Source: Vicugna vicugna
Taxonomy: Eukaryota
NCBI GenBank assembly: GCA_013265495.1
Contig: MU057989.1
Coordinates: 124,001-188,000, forward strand
Direction of reading: 5' to 3'
DNA: 64,000 bases
Part shown: in pieces, positions 36,844 through 50,955 of the stretch
How the letters are laid out: each line of letters starts with the position of its first letter
How positions within the stretch are numbered: position 1 is the stretch's first letter
Program-made: the position numbers and the translations under genes
Notes under the pieces: model-generated
Told to the model about the DNA's origin: nothing
The model's database searches: none
The model's input: only the letters and a program-made list of their open reading frames with translations

Positions 36844-39800
36844 TCAGGCTGGGCCCAGTGAATCCTCAAACAGGCTGAGGAGGTTCCGAGGCTCAAAGGA
36901 GGGGAAGGTGCCCCGAGGGGGCTCTGAGTCAATGTCACTTAGATCCAGAGCATCCCTGGGGCAGGAGGGAGAAAAGAGAGAAGTGACTCCCAAGATCTGA
37001 GAGCTGCCCTCCCACCCCCAGGACCCTGGGTCCGCTCACCTCAGCGTGTACCTGCTCCGGGGGGCAGGGGAGCCACTGCAGGGGGTGGAGGTGCTCCCGG
37101 AGGCCCTAGCCAGGATAGCCTCTTGAGAGAGCGCAGGCCTGCACAGGATGGGCAAGACCAGCAAGGTGTCGGGGGTAGGCTGGAGTGGGTAGGGAAGGCC
37201 TGGAGAGGAGGCCACAGCTGGGTGGGAGCAGCAAGACTAGCCCTGTCCCCAGGGTGGGAGGCCATGTCTCAGACAATGGAAATGTGGTGTATTTTCAAAG
37301 AAGCACTTTGACAGCTTCTAAAGTCCACCTGACCACACTCAAAGGCCCTTTTTGGAATACATGGGCTCTGCCTGAACTGGCTTTGAAATGACCTTGTAGT
37401 AAATGAAGCTTCTCTACTTCGAGTCTGCTCTGAAGTGTCCCCCTGGTGATGGGGTAACATTTCATAAGGAAGGAGGTAATGGTGTAATCCCTCCTGGGAG
37501 GTAATGGTGTAATCCCTCCTGAGAACTGTCAGCCCCTAGCGTGTGGTTTTCCTTTGCAGTAGTTTCTTAATAACAGCCTCTTGCTTGGCCACCAGGCACC
37601 TGGGACTAAGGAATTCCTCCCAGCGCAGGGCTTGCCAGGCTCTGGGGGCTTTGTCCTGGGAGAGGAAGGATAATGCCTTGTCCTTGTGTACTGGCAGCCT
37701 CTACGGAGGCGGGGGCTGCACTGCCTGCCTTTCCCAGCAGGACCATGGCTCCCTAGCATGGCAGCGCCCCAAGTGTGAGGTTGCCAGCCCCGCTGGACTC
37801 TGTACAGCCCCCACCCCATTCATTGAGCTGAGAAGGAACAGCTGCACCCCCCCCAGCCTTGGTTCCCTTCCTGGGGTTTGACGGGGGCCAGGATTGTGGG
37901 AGGTGTCCCGCTTCACCACTAATACCCCTGGGCTTCTGGCTGGGCCTCAAGTATGGGGTTTGGCCCCCACTGACAGCCCCCCCACAGCCGTCTGTCCCGA
38001 GCTCTCACCCACCCTATGCTGTCATCATCCCAGTTGCTGGAGAGGCTGCTGTCCAGGAGGAGGCTGCAGGGTGGCGAGCCAGGCGGGGTGGCCGGCGGAC
38101 CAGGGGGCTGCAGCCAGCTGGCAGGGTGAGCCAGCCCATGCCAGAGCCAGCACAGCAGGGCCAGCAGGGCCTGTGGGGACAGGGGCCTGAGGGAGGCTGG
38201 GCAGACCCTGGGGCCAGACAGCAGAGCAGGACTGCCCATCCCCTTCACCAGCCTACCTGCCACAGGGCCCACCCTCGACTGAGGGCTTCGGCAGCCATGT
38301 ACCACAGGACGCTCCAGGGCCGCGGCTGCCTGAGCATGGGCAGGGCCAACAGGGCCTCGGCCGTGGCCCGCAGCTTGGGGTCAGGTTCCAGCATCATGGT
38401 GAGGACAGAACGCAGCTCAGAAGACAGGCCTATCCATGGAGCAGGGCCACATTAGGAGTGACAGACCCTCGAGCCCCATGATTCCCCACTGCCAGCCATT
38501 CTCTACAATGTGTCCCCCACTCACCAGCAGTGAACTCCGGGGGCAGGTAGCCCTGGCGCAGCTGCTGCCAGCCCTCCCCGCCATGCGGCAGCTCCATGTT
38601 GCATGCCACTTCCAGGATGGTGAGGCCCAGACTGGAAGGCACAGGGACAGAGAAGGGTATGGTTGGCCTTGAGACATAGAACCCAGAGCCCTAGGCTGCC
38701 CCCAGGAAGAGAGTGGGAAAGGGCTGCTGTCTTCTGCCATGAGCCAGTGAGGTGGGGAAGCAGGGGCTGGGGGCCCTGAGAAGGTCTCTTCAGGGCTAAG
38801 GACAGGGACCACATCATGGAGCATGGACCACTGTAGTGAGTCCTCCTAGCACCCTCACCACCACCACCACCACAGGACTGGCACTCTGGTGACTGTGGTT
38901 AACAGTGATGCTCTCATCATTCATTCTGTTGACATGATTGGATACATTCGAGGCAGAGCAGTGGTTACCAGCATAGACTGTGGAACCCAGCGCCTGGTCC
39001 AGTCCCAGCTTCACCACCTGCTAGCTGTGGACTTGGGGAAAGTCTCTTAATCTGCTGTGCCCATTCCTTGTCAATGAAGTAATAATAGTCCCTCCCATGG
39101 AGGTGTGGTAAGGACATGGGTGAATCCTGTAAACTGGTTCCAGAGGGTTCATTGCTTAGACAGCCTAACCCATCAGAGCCCCCTAGACTAGGGGGCGGGA
39201 CCTTGACCCCCTTGGGGATGTGTCTCCTGTCCTGAGGCCAAGTCTTCATGCCTTGGGGCTAGGATGGTGTTCACCCTGCTGACCACACCCCCAGCCACCA
39301 GGGCAGGCCTCCCACATCCCCACCCTTACCTGAACACGTCGGCCGCTGTCCCATAAGAGCCTTGAAGCAGCTCAGGGGCCATGTAGCGGGGGTCTCCTTC
39401 CTGGGCCTCGCTAGCTTCGGATGCACCCAACTCCACCAGCAGCCCAAAGTCACCCAGCTTGCAGCGGCCCCGGGGCCCCAGGAAGATGTTGGCGGGCTTG
39501 ACATCAAGGTGGACCAGGCCCTGGCCATGTAGGTGGGCCAGGGCGAGCAGGGTGTCCCGCAGGTAACCCCAGACCTGGGCCTCAGGCAGGCCGGCCCCCC
39601 AGGCCTCACAGTGCTGCTGCAGGCTGGGCCCGCACAGCTCCGTCTGCAGGTACAGGAGGCCTCCCTCCTCCCAGGCTTGCTCCAGCCGCACGCAGCGCGG
39701 GTGCTGCCCCACCTTCTCATGGCCGCCAACCTCAGCCAGCTTGCGGGCCCGGTCCTTGTGGCCCCGGAATGGTGACATGGAACGCTTCACTGCATAGAGC

Positions 39801-41085
39801 CGGCCATCCTCCTTGGAGCGCACCTGGAAGGGAGGGGGCACAACCATTTAGGTGGACAGTCTGGCAGATTCTGTTAAGGTTTCACATTTGTGAAAGGTGC
39901 AGTGTGGCGTCTGCCCTAGAGAGACCCCTGTGAGTGCAAGAGCGAAGCTGGACAAACCTCCACCCCAGGTGCTGGTTTGCTGGAGCCTGAAAGAGGGCGA
40001 ACCTCTAAGTACTGACTTGGGAAGGTGGCTAGGATGCATTAAGTGAAAAAAGCTGGCTACAGAACAATACAGGCCGTCTGATCTGCTAAGTAGCATATAA
40101 AATGGGTTCTTCTCTACATGCTCAACTCCAGAGATGTACGGAGAAAGGTCTGGAAGGACGAACCACCTGAGAATCACCATGGTTTTCTCCAGGAAGGAGA
40201 GCTGATCTAGGGGCCTGTCTGTACTTTTTAACAACAGAATTGTCTTCATAGAATCCTTGTGTAAGGAAAATGACCGTTTTAAAGAAAACATACATGATTG
40301 ACAAATATATTTTAAGAAACAAAAGGTGTCATGGAGGGTGTCGCCTGAGCGCTGGCTGGCTGGGGGCGGTGGCGGTGGGCGTGTGCCTGCACTGGGAGGG
40401 GCGCTGGCTCGGGGCGGGCAGAGCTCGCCAAAAACCCCAGCGTGGCTGGCACGGGGCGGGAGGAGATGGCAGCCCGGAGCAACCACAAGGCATGCCAGGC
40501 TCTGGACAAAGGGAGAGTGTGTCCTGAGGGGGCCTCAGAGGGGCCTGTGGAGGGGGTGGTATGAGAAAGCAGCCAAATCAAGCACTGAGGGGAGCCTGTC
40601 AGACCACAAGAGGAGGGCTTGCAGGGGAGGGGAGGGAAACAGGCTGCTCAAGACACTAGCCCATCCCGACCAGGGAAATGGGGGTGGGGAGGGGGGACCC
40701 CCAGACAGGTGTGGGGAGCTGTTACCTGACTCACCTTGAAGACCTCTCCGTAAGAGCCATGGCCCAGGCGGCCAAGCCTGTGGAAACTCTGCTGGAAGAA
40801 GGACTCAGGCCGGCTCGGGTCATACACGGGGCTCTGCAGGGGCTCGGAGGTTTTCCCTCGGAAGGACACCCGCCGGGGCTGGGGCTGGTGCCAGCCCGGA
40901 GTCCGAGGAGGGAAGAGGCGGCTGACAGGGATGCTACCCTTGGCGGGGGGCCGGGGTGGGAGGCTCCGACTGAGCCCCCCAGGCCTCTTGAGGGAGAAGC
41001 CAGGTTCTGCGTGGCGGAAGTAGACTGGGACTGGGACCGGGGTGCCACTCAGGGGTGGCGGGGTGCCCTCTGTGGGCACAGGCAT
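36844..41085 (-). CDS. PKMYT1: Membrane-associated tyrosine/threonine CDK1-inhibitory kinase Myt1 (~497 aa from the ATG at 41085)
   Basis: Exons (minus strand): 41085-40735, 39823-39330, 38631-38525, 38429-38257, 38170-38013, 37138-37040, 36955-36844, totalling 1494 nt. Motifs [44 protein letters not shown], a hydrophobic anchor [12 protein letters not shown], and C-terminal [11 protein letters not shown] few more upstream codons from an earlier exon cannot be excluded. Confidence 0.95.
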
Positions 41086-41974
41086 GTCCAGCACAGGAGC
41101 CCCTGAGGGGCAGAGTACAGAACAGTATGTCACTCAAACAGCACCTGGTCCTGTGGCCCCAAAGAGGCTGCAGAAGACAGCCACATCTACTCCAGACCCA
41201 CGCTCTGCTTTAGACAGCCGTGGGCCCACCAGTACCTGTGGGGAAAAGGTATACAAATGTCTGCTTGCCTGCAACCAGTCGCCTGCACCTTGGAGGTTAG
41301 AGAAACATAAACTGGAAACCATGGGGTCATGTCCTGGAGGCCCCCATGGTCCAGCAGAGGTTAAAGCAAGGCAAATTCTGGAGCCAGACCACCTGTGTAC
41401 GCATCCCGGACTTTGCTAGGCCTTAAAATATGCAACCTCTTCCAAGACTGTCTGGTGCAAATATTAATGCAGGCTCACTATCCCTTATCTCCAGTTTAAA
41501 ATTTTAAAAAGTCTGAATTCCAAAAGTTTCTTTCTTGCTTTCGTTTTCCATAGTTGAGACTAAAACTCATTTAGTGGAGTTCCACTTCCAGCTCCATAGT
41601 GTAGAGGCTAAATCCCAGCTGAGTGTAGCAGAGAGGCTGGTTTCCCTCCTTTCACCAGCCCCTACTCCTAGGGCAGAAGTTCTAACTCAGCTCCAGCAGT
41701 CTGGCAATGCGAGAGCCCAACTGCTAAAGTCCCAGCTCATTCCTAAGGAGAAGGCTCCACACTGGGAGAGGCAAGCCAGCAAGGCCAGAGGCTACTGCCT
41801 TCTTTATAAGGCAGCAGCAACATTCAGAGACAGGTGCCACTATCCTTGCCCCCAGCTCCAGAGTTGTGGCTCAGAGACTCTGCCCAGGGGAGAGGTAGGT
41901 CATAAAACAGAGCACCAAAGCTCTCTCTGCAAAAAAACCTGACTTTATTAGAAGCACAGTGTGCTCATGCAACC

Positions 41975-42962
41975 TAGTAACAACAAAAAAAAGCCACCCA
42001 ATCCAAAAATGGGCAGAAGACCTAAACAAGCAACTCTCCAATAAAGACACACAAATGGCCAATAGGCACATGAAAAAAGTGCTCAATATTGCTAATTATC
42101 AGAGAAATGCAAATCAAAACTATAATGAGGTATCACCTTAACCAGTCAGAATGGCCATCATTCAAAAGTCCACAAACAATAAATGCTGGACAGGCTGTGG
42201 AGAAAAGGGAACCTTCCAACATCATTGGTGGGAATGTAGTTTGGTGCAGCCATTATGGAAAACAGCATGGAGATCCCTCAAAAGACTAAAAATAGACTTA
42301 CCATATGATCCAGCAATCCCACTCCTGGGCATATATCCAGAGGGAAACTTAATTCAAAAAGATACATGTGTCCCAATGTTCACAGCAGCATTATTTACAA
42401 TAGCCAAGACACGGAAACAACCTAAATGTCCATCGACAGATGATTGGATAAAGAAGTTGTGGTATATTTATACAATGGAATAATACTCAGCAATAAAAAA
42501 TTAATAAAATAATGCCATTTGCAGCAACATGGATGAACCTAGAGAATGCCATTCTAAGTGAAGTAAGCTAGAAAGAGAAAGAAAAATACTATATGATATC
42601 ACTTATATGTGGAATCTTAAAAAAAATAAAAGACAAACAAACTTATTTACAAAACAGAAACAGACTCATGGACATAGAAAACTTATGGTTACCAGTGGGG
42701 GAAAGGGGTGGGAAGGGATAAATTGAGAGTTGGATATTTGCAGATACTAACTAATATATATAAAATAGATAAACAAGTTTATGCTATATAGCACAGGGGA
42801 CTATATTCAATATCTTATAGTAACTTATGATTAAAAAGAATATGAAAATGAATATATGTATATTCCTATATGACTGAAATATTCTGCTTTACACCAGAAA
42901 TTGATACAACATTGTAAACTAACTATACTTCAATAAATATATACTGAAAAAAAAAAAGAAAG
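41975..42962 (+). mobile_element. Relatively young LINE-1 3' end (ORF2 C-terminus, 3' UTR and poly-A)
   Basis: ORF2 C-terminal text ([33 protein letters not shown]), then AATAAA at ~42932 and an A-tail. Lies in a PKMYT1 intron, antisense to the gene. Confidence 0.9.
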
Positions 42963-43479
42963 AAAAGAACAAAAGCACATTTTGAGAAGTTCAAGCCTAA
43001 AGGCACTCTCAAAATCAATGGAGGTTTTGGGAGTAAGCAAATAGGAGGCTAGGACCTTCATTAGTGCTACAAGCTGAACCATAGGCCAGCTAGTTTACCA
43101 GAGACAAACGGGGAAAGAGATAGCTCAGAAGGGCTTTCCTGGGGTCAGAACAACCCTTAAACACTGAACTCAAAAGCTACCCCTTTAAAGCCCAACTTTG
43201 ACTGGATCAATCCATGGAACAATTGATGTTCCAGGGTATTGTCAAAAATATTAGAGCAACCAGCCAGCAGTGAGTGGAGACTAACAGCTAGGTATGATTG
43301 GAGAAAAGACAAAGAGAGCCCCCACCCGCCCTAAAACCACTGGTGTCCCAGGGTGACTGTATACATGCCCAAGGCTGGGCCCTCTGAGGAGCAAGACCAA
43401 AGGCTTCACACTGCAGGGAAAAGAGACAACACTACAATGGTCCAGCCAGGCACCAAACAAACAAGCAAACAACAATCCC

Positions 43480-45370
43480 AAGCCCTAGGGGGTGGAGTGA
43501 GGAACCAGTATCTGCAATTGCTACAACATATTATCTAAAATGTCCAGTTTTCAACAACAACAAAAAATTACAAGATAGGCAAAGACACAAGAAAGGGTGA
43601 CCCACACACAGGGAAAAAAACAGGCAGCAGAAACTGCCTGTAGGAAAGACCAGATGTCAGATTTAACAGACAAAGATTTCAAAATAGCCTCTATAAATAT
43701 GTTCAAAGAACTAAAGGCAACTACACTTGAAGAAGTAAAGGAAACACGATGACAACATCTCACCAAATAGAGTATCAATAATGAGATAGAAATTACAAAA
43801 GAACCAAATGCAGAGTTGGAAAGTGCAATAACGGAAATGAAAAAAAAACACTGGAGGTGTTCAACAGTAGATTTGAATTGGCAGAAGAAATAATTAGTGA
43901 ACTTGAAGATAGATTGATAAAGAGTATCCAACCTGAAGAATAGATGAAGAAAAGGAAACCAAGCCTCAGAGAAATGTAGGACAGCATTAAGTGAACCAGC
44001 GTATGCATGATAGGTACATTAGAAGAGAAGAGAAGGAGCAGGGAAAATATGGATTAAAACTTCCGAAATGTGATTTAAAAAATAATAATAATAATATAGC
44101 TAAAAAGCTCAATGAACTTCAAGTAGTATAAACGTAGAGATCCACACACAGACACACCACTTTTAAAGTGCTGAAAGCCAAAAGCAAGGGGAAAATCTTG
44201 AAAGCAGCAACAGAAAAACAACTCATCACTTAGAACCATAAAATTAACAGCTGACTTCTCAAAAGAAGCAATGGAGGTCAGAACGAAGTGGAATGACATA
44301 TTCAAGCATTAGGGGTGAAATTTTGTCAACTAAGAATCCTACATCCTACAAAACTATCTTCCAAATATAAAGGCAAAAAAGAGGTATTCCCAGATAAACA
44401 AAACAGAAATAATTCATTGTTAGGAGACCTGCTTTACAAGAAAAACCAAGGAAGTTCTTCAGGCTGAAAGCATGTGATCCCCAACAGTAATTCAGATCCA
44501 CATAAAAAAAAGAGAGCCCCAATAAAGGCAATGATGTTGTATATGTAGTTTAAAAGACCGTACAAATTCATTATTTTTTCTCCTTTCTTCTTTTAGCTGA
44601 TTTAAAAGCAAATTTATAAAACTATGTAATTGTATTGTTGGCATGTAATATATGGAAATGTAATATACTTGCAAATAACAGCACAAAGAAGGTGTGTGGG
44701 AACAATATTAGAGAATGACACCACATAGTAACTCAAACCCACAGGAACAAGTGGAGAGAACCAGAAGAGGTAAATAAGAAGGTGAACATAATAAAAAAAA
44801 AATTTTAAAATGAAACACACTAAAAGAAAAAGTAGAAAAAGAATAAATAAAGGTCAATGTAGCAAACATTATACACATACACTTGCTTTTCTTTCTTCCC
44901 TTAGCTTCTTTAAGAAATTAAAGATGACCTAAATAAATGGAAAGACATTATGGTTCATAGATCCAAAGACAATATAGATAAAACGGCAACACTGTCCAAT
45001 TGATTAATTGGTCTACAGATTCAGCACAATCCCTATCAAAATCCTAGAGAACTTCTGTGCAGAAATTGACAAACTGGTCCTAAAAATCATATGGAAATTC
45101 ACAAGACCCAAAATAATCAAAACAATCAAAACAAAGAGGACTCACGCTTCCCGATTTCAAAAGTTACTACCAAACTACAGTAATCAAAACAGTGTGGTAC
45201 TCACATAAGGATAGACATGAAGATCAATGGAACAGAACTGAGAGTTCAGAAATAAACCCTCACATTTATAGTCAATTGATTTTGACAAGGATGCCAAAAC
45301 AATTCAGTAGCAAACAAACAAACTGCCTTCTTAAATGGTGCTGGGGCAACTGGATATCCACATGCAAAAT
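43480..45370 (+). mobile_element. Older LINE-1 (L1M-like) ORF1/ORF2 fragments
   Basis: ORF1-like text (atgttcaaagaactaaag...aattagtgaacttgaagatag...aaaatcttgaaagcagca) and ORF2-like YRFSTIPIKI...EIDKLVLKIIWK. Confidence 0.8.
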
Positions 45371-46841
45371 GTCTTTAGTAGAAAAATCTGATCTGGCCCA
45401 TTCTTCCCTCTAAGTGTGAATATTCATATAATTCTTGACAGAAATATTGTTTTTGATTATGGGGTGATGCCCCAGACCCATGAATGGGTGGTGTTACATA
45501 TAAATGTTAACATGCACCTTACTAGCTTTCTAAAATCTGAGACATTTTGAATTCTGCTTCAGGGTTTTGTGGACCTGTAATACTGACCTCATGGAAGGCT
45601 TAGCCTAGTGTCTGGGGTGTAGATCCTGCAATAACTGTTATAAGCAATGCTCTGAATAGTAATTGAAAGAATATACAAAATACAACGGTCCCATGGGTGT
45701 AAGTGACTTTTGTGTTGGAGCAGAGAGGGCTACTGTGTTGTTATAATGTTATAATTGAAAGAAAAACAGAGAGAAAAAGGGAGAGGACTCCAATTTTGAG
45801 AGGAAGCCACAGTGTTATCAAAAGATTCACTCAGCAGGAGATGAGTCAGTAACTGAAACAGGAGGGGGCAGTCACTTGTCATCTGAAGTGACTCTAGTGC
45901 CTAGGAGAGTGAGGGATGAGGGGAGGGACCCCCACAAGGGCCTATATGGAAGACTCACCCTACATCCTATGGGGACCCTTCCTCAGCCTCCATCCACCTC
46001 ACGAAACCCATCCCAGAGTTTCTCAAAGTGAACCAGGGAGTCAGGATACCCTAGGGTACTGGTTAAAAGTACAGCCTCCAAGTCCAGGCCCAGCACATTC
46101 AGGGACATTGGGCACCTGCGTCTTAAACCAATTCTCAGACCATCCCAATGTCACTACGTTGTAGCACCACAGGCGTGACCAAAAAGCTTAGGGGGTGGGA
46201 TAGGGGAGGTAGAAGAAGCAGGGGCTCCCGGTGAATCCAGGGTAGCCCTGAACAGAGACTAGCTGGGATAACTTTTTCAGCCTTCAGGGGCCTCACCCTC
46301 TCACTGGGCCGGACACATCTGCTGACCACGGTCTACTGCACTAGACTGTGAGTTCCTCCTGGGCAGGGCCACAGCTGATTCACCTTCGTGGGCGTGGGGA
46401 AACCCTGGTGAGCAGAGTTGAGCAAACCAGCTGTCACGGGGGAGGAACTGCAGATGGAAGGGTCGGTGGGGCTTTTCCTGGGGACGAACGCGTAAAGGGG
46501 GAGCAGTCGCTGGGCGAAGGGGCTTCCGGAAGACGGGTGATAGGGAGGCGGGAGGAGGAGGAGGGCAGGGGCAAGTCACCCGGGAGCCAGTAGAGGGGAA
46601 GTGGGCGGGGCCGCCCGGGGCAAGGCTGACCGGGAGGGGTTATCAGAGGGGCGGGGCCGGACCCAGCCGGACAGTGAGACGCGGGGCTGTTGGAGGGGAT
46701 GAGGAAGGGGGCTGGAGCGGGTGATGGGGGAGACAGATCCGGGGAAGGGCTGTCAGAGGGCGAGGGGTTGCCGGGGAGGGAGGTAGAAAGGAGAAGGAGG
46801 CAGTCCCGCCCTAGAAGCGTCAGGGCCAGGTATGGGCTCAC

Positions 46842-47480
46842 CTTGGGCGGGTGGGTGGGGCGCAGCTCAGCGAGGTCCCAGATTCCGGGTCGGCAGAGGG
46901 CGCGGGAGCCCTCAGAGCGGTCAGACGGTCCGGGGTCTACGGTCGACGGCTCCCCACGCCCGGGAGGGAGGACTATCTGAAGGGGGAACGGCCCGTGAGC
47001 GCGCGCGGAGCCGACTCGCGCCAAAAATTCCAAACCGGACTCGAAGCCCCGCCCAGGAACGCCTCTTACCCCACCGCCTCCCCGATGTAGCCTATCAGAG
47101 ATGGTCACCCTGCTGGGGCTCTGCCCTGACGTCCCTGCGTGCGCGTAGCCGATCCCGCCCCGTGGGCTCAGCGGCCGAGCGCGCTCACTGCGCAAGCGCG
47201 AGCCTCCTGGGCGCTGGCTGGGGGCGGAGGTCTGTGCAGCATGGCTTTCACGCTGAGGCGGCACTTGGGCCCCTCCGGCTGGGTTTCCAGGACTCCGATC
47301 GACCTCCGGACCTCGACCGACCTCCAGACTCTGGCCCTGGCACCCACAGCCCTCTGGGCTGGCTGAGTTTCTGCATCTATAAAAGGAACCGGTCACTGCG
47401 TTTCGCCCCTGAGGTGTTAGCCACAAGAGGCAGTCACTTGGGGCTGAACCGGAAGTCCAGCGGCCTCCGGGGTCCCCTGG
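46842..47480 (-). promoter_or_regulatory. PKMYT1: PKMYT1 CpG-island promoter and non-coding first exon, with an E2F site
   Basis: Minus-strand donor (plus-strand CTCAC at 46837-46841), canonical E2F motif TTTTGGCGCGA (minus, 47016-47026), and ETS-like CCGGAAGT at ~47449. Confidence 0.7.
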
Positions 47481-50400
47481 CGTCCCTGCGAGGTGGAGTG
47501 CCCAGGCCTCACTGGCTCCCTCATGCCTGCCGTGTACTGCACTGGGGAAGCGGTGGGGAATGCCACACAGACATCTCCCACCCCACCCCCGGAACGCGCG
47601 GCTTCGTGAAGTAGAAAATTCTGCCTCTTCGGGAAGCCTCCTGCTTCCAGGCCTCAGACCTCCAGGCAGCCCTTCTCATCCTTTGGATTTGAGACAAGCT
47701 CCACTCAAACCTCCCTTAGCCCCTTCCTGGCTGAACGACCTTGGAAACGCACTGGGCCTTTCTGAGCTTCGGATTAGTCTTTCTCTCTGGTAAAAATGGA
47801 GCTGATGACGCTTCCCTCAGGGAACTGGAGGTTCAAATAGGATGATCCCCTTAAAGTTCTTAGCAGGGGGGCCGGCGCAGAGCAAGCGCTGATTCCTAAC
47901 AGTAGGCTGGGGTTTGCTTCTTCCTTCACCAGAGGGGACCTTTTTATCCATTTAACAGGATCTAGATGGGTCATGCTTTTAGGCCACCCTCCCTAGAATG
48001 CTCCCCATCTCATCGCATCTCCTTTCCCCCCTTATTTTCATATAGCATTTATCTCTATCTGAAATTCCGTCTTTATCGGTTTACTCATTGACCACCTGCC
48101 CCCACAAGTTGCTGAAAGGTCATGGACTGCAGGGCTCCCAGCCAACTGTGCTGCTGACGCCTTCAGCAAACACTCCACTGCATGGACCAGCACTAGAGGC
48201 GTCCTGGTTAGGTCCAAGACCCAGAGCTTCTCTGGGGGCTACAGCCCACCTCCATCCTCCCTTCCTTTGCATTAGCATATCTGGCAGCCACAGCCCCTGT
48301 CACTCAGGCTGAATCCTTGTTAAAGACCCCAGGTTTGTCCCCAGGAAACCCCAGGGAGCAAGCAGACCCCTTTCCAGCTGCCATCCCCTCTGCCAGCCAC
48401 ATCTCCAGGAGTCCTGGACTCAGGTCCTCTTCCAACTGTCCATTCTTGAAGGTCTAATTCATAATGACTTTAAAATTGTTCTAGTTGAAAAATATACTTC
48501 CAATGGACATTTCACTGTATAGAAGGGCTATAATATAAAATTAATTACAGATACCAGGTAAGGGCCTGGGCCATGGAGTCAGGGAATTTAGTGCTCCAAC
48601 TCTGCTCTGCCACCCAGAATCTCTGCAATCAGAGGCAAATTGTTTTATGTCTCTGGGCCTGTATTTTCCACATGTGTAAAATGGGGGTGATAATAGTAGT
48701 TCCAACCTCCTTGGGTATATGAACACTAAATGAGAAAAGGACATGGTCAAGCATGCAGTAGGAACTTACTCATTGTTTAATCATAAAAGTAACACTCCCT
48801 CAAGTGTATAGTGTTTTGCAGTTTTCAAAAAAGCTGCCTGGGCCAAAAGGAGGCCCCCTGGAGGACACTTGGAGCCAGGACCCCTGCACCCACCTGGGGG
48901 TCAAAAGGTTTGAGACCAAACGCTTGGCTGGTGCTCCATCCAGGAGAAAGCCGCCCAAACTCTGCCCAGGCATGGGATTCCCCAGGTCCTGCAGGCAGGT
49001 CCACATGAGAGCCAGCTTGAACCGGGCGCCCCCGTGTGACCTATCTCTGAAACAGCACCTCTGGCCAGAGGAGACTCTCCCTGAAGATGCATTCACTACT
49101 CACTAGCAAAATCCCTCCAGGAATGGGGCCGCAAAATTGGAATAATGTGACTTTAGAAAGGCAAGGAAAAGACAAGAGTGGCCACAAGTGCGAACATGGC
49201 TACCCTAACAGTAAAGAAGAGATTGCAGTGGGCGCTTCTGGGCAGCTGGCTGTGTTCTATTTCTTGACCTCTGTGCCAGATGCATGGGTGCTTTATACGT
49301 ATTTGTTATATTGTGCATTCCTGTCTCATGCAGGCTCTTGTTTGGATGCTATATTTCACACTGCCATAAGGTTTTGGTTTTGTTTGTTTGTTTTTAAAAT
49401 AAACTGACAGGTGGGTGGGGAGAGGGAGTTAATAGAAGTCAGCTTTGCACAGCACAGTGACTGAGGTGTCCCCGAGGTGGCTGATGCAGGGATCTAGGCT
49501 GAAGAGCTGCCAGATAGAGGGCTGGGGTGTGACTTGAGGGGCCTTTAGCACAGCTCCATGTTCAGAAGATGCCTGACCTGCAGGCCCCTGGCCTTCCCAG
49601 ATTCCCACCCTAGCAGGTGCTGCTGCTTTGAGCAGCTGGCTGGGAGCCCACTGACCCAGGCTGTGCTATTTTAGATGATGCCCTTCTTGAGCCTCCGTCT
49701 TGGACTTTCAGCACCCCCGCTGTCTCTTTGCCCTGGGATCCCAACTCCAGCCCCTCAAAGTTGCTTCTCTGTTCAGAGGCTAAGCCATGTCCCCTCACAC
49801 CTAAGAGCTAAGGGTAGGCCAGGCCCTGGCTCCATCAGAGACCCTCTCGACCCCTAAGCTGTTCATATACTCTCAGGCTGGCCCTGCTAGGGCAAGGCTG
49901 GGGTGAACTAAGGAAACTGGCCTTGCTGGGGGTGGAGGTGGTGACATTACAGGGACCAGGGGTGCCCAACTAGGCCGGGCCCTTGTCCCAGGTAGTCAGC
50001 TGGCCCAAGGCCCCAGGTTGGTTGGCATTTTCCATAAGCCCATGCCAGCACCCAGGCAGTCTGGCATTGGTAGCCGGCGCTGGCTTTCCCTTTGGCAGGG
50101 GCCAAGCAGGCGCCCAGCCGGTACCTCCTGCGTGGTCCCTCCTGGTCTCCCCGCCTGCCTCCTCCTGGGCCAAACTTTCCTGGCAGCCTGCAGGGTGAGC
50201 TGTATGTCTGTGTCTGGGTCTGTGCAGGGGGTCCTCGGCTATCCCAGGTCTGAAGCAGACCCCTTGGACCCAGACTGGCACGGAGTGGGCAGACAGCAAT
50301 GTGGTGTCTGGGATAATAGGTCTGCTGCTGCCCAGAAGCGTGTGGATGAACCGAGTGGAGGGTTGTGGACTCGAGCCTGTGAATTGCCTGGCTTCAAGTC

Positions 50401-50494
50401 CCAGCTCCGCTGCTCAGTTGTACAACCTGGGCCAAGTCCCTTCTCTTCTCTGCCTCTGTTTCCCCACCTGTAAAATGGAGTAAGAAGTAGCTCC

Positions 50495-50955
50495 CCGACT
50501 TTATTTTTTTTATTTGAGATATTTTTATTTATTTTTTAACTGAAGTGTAGTCAGTTTACAACATTGTATTAATTTCTGATATACAGCATAATGATTCAGT
50601 TATACACATACATACTTTTCATATTCTTTTTCATTACAGGCCATTGCAAGATATTGAGTATAGTTTCCTATGCTATACTGTAGGACCTTGTTTATTTCCC
50701 CCACTCCATTTTTAAAAATTATTTATTTTTAAAATTTTATTTTTTATTGAAGTATAGTTGATTTACAATGTTAGTTTCAGGTGTACAGCAAAGCAATTCA
50801 TTTATGCATATAAATTTTTTTCAGATTCTCTTCCATTATAGCTTATTACAAGAGATTAAATATAGTTCCCTATACAGTAGGTTTTTGTTATCTGTTTCAT
50901 ATATAGTAATGTGTATCTGTTAATCCCAAACTCCTAATTTATCCCTCCCCCCGTT
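50495..50955 (-). mobile_element. Two short LINE-1 3'-end fragments (antisense)
   Basis: Reverse complements of the L1 3' UTR seen at 42700-42950 (tgaagtatagttgatttacaatgtt...atatagttccct). Confidence 0.75.

Noticed and set aside
46434..47614. 330-aa (-) and 260-aa (+) ORFs
   Set aside because: Pro/Arg/Gly-rich stop-poor frames over the PKMYT1 promoter CpG island, with no protein motifs.
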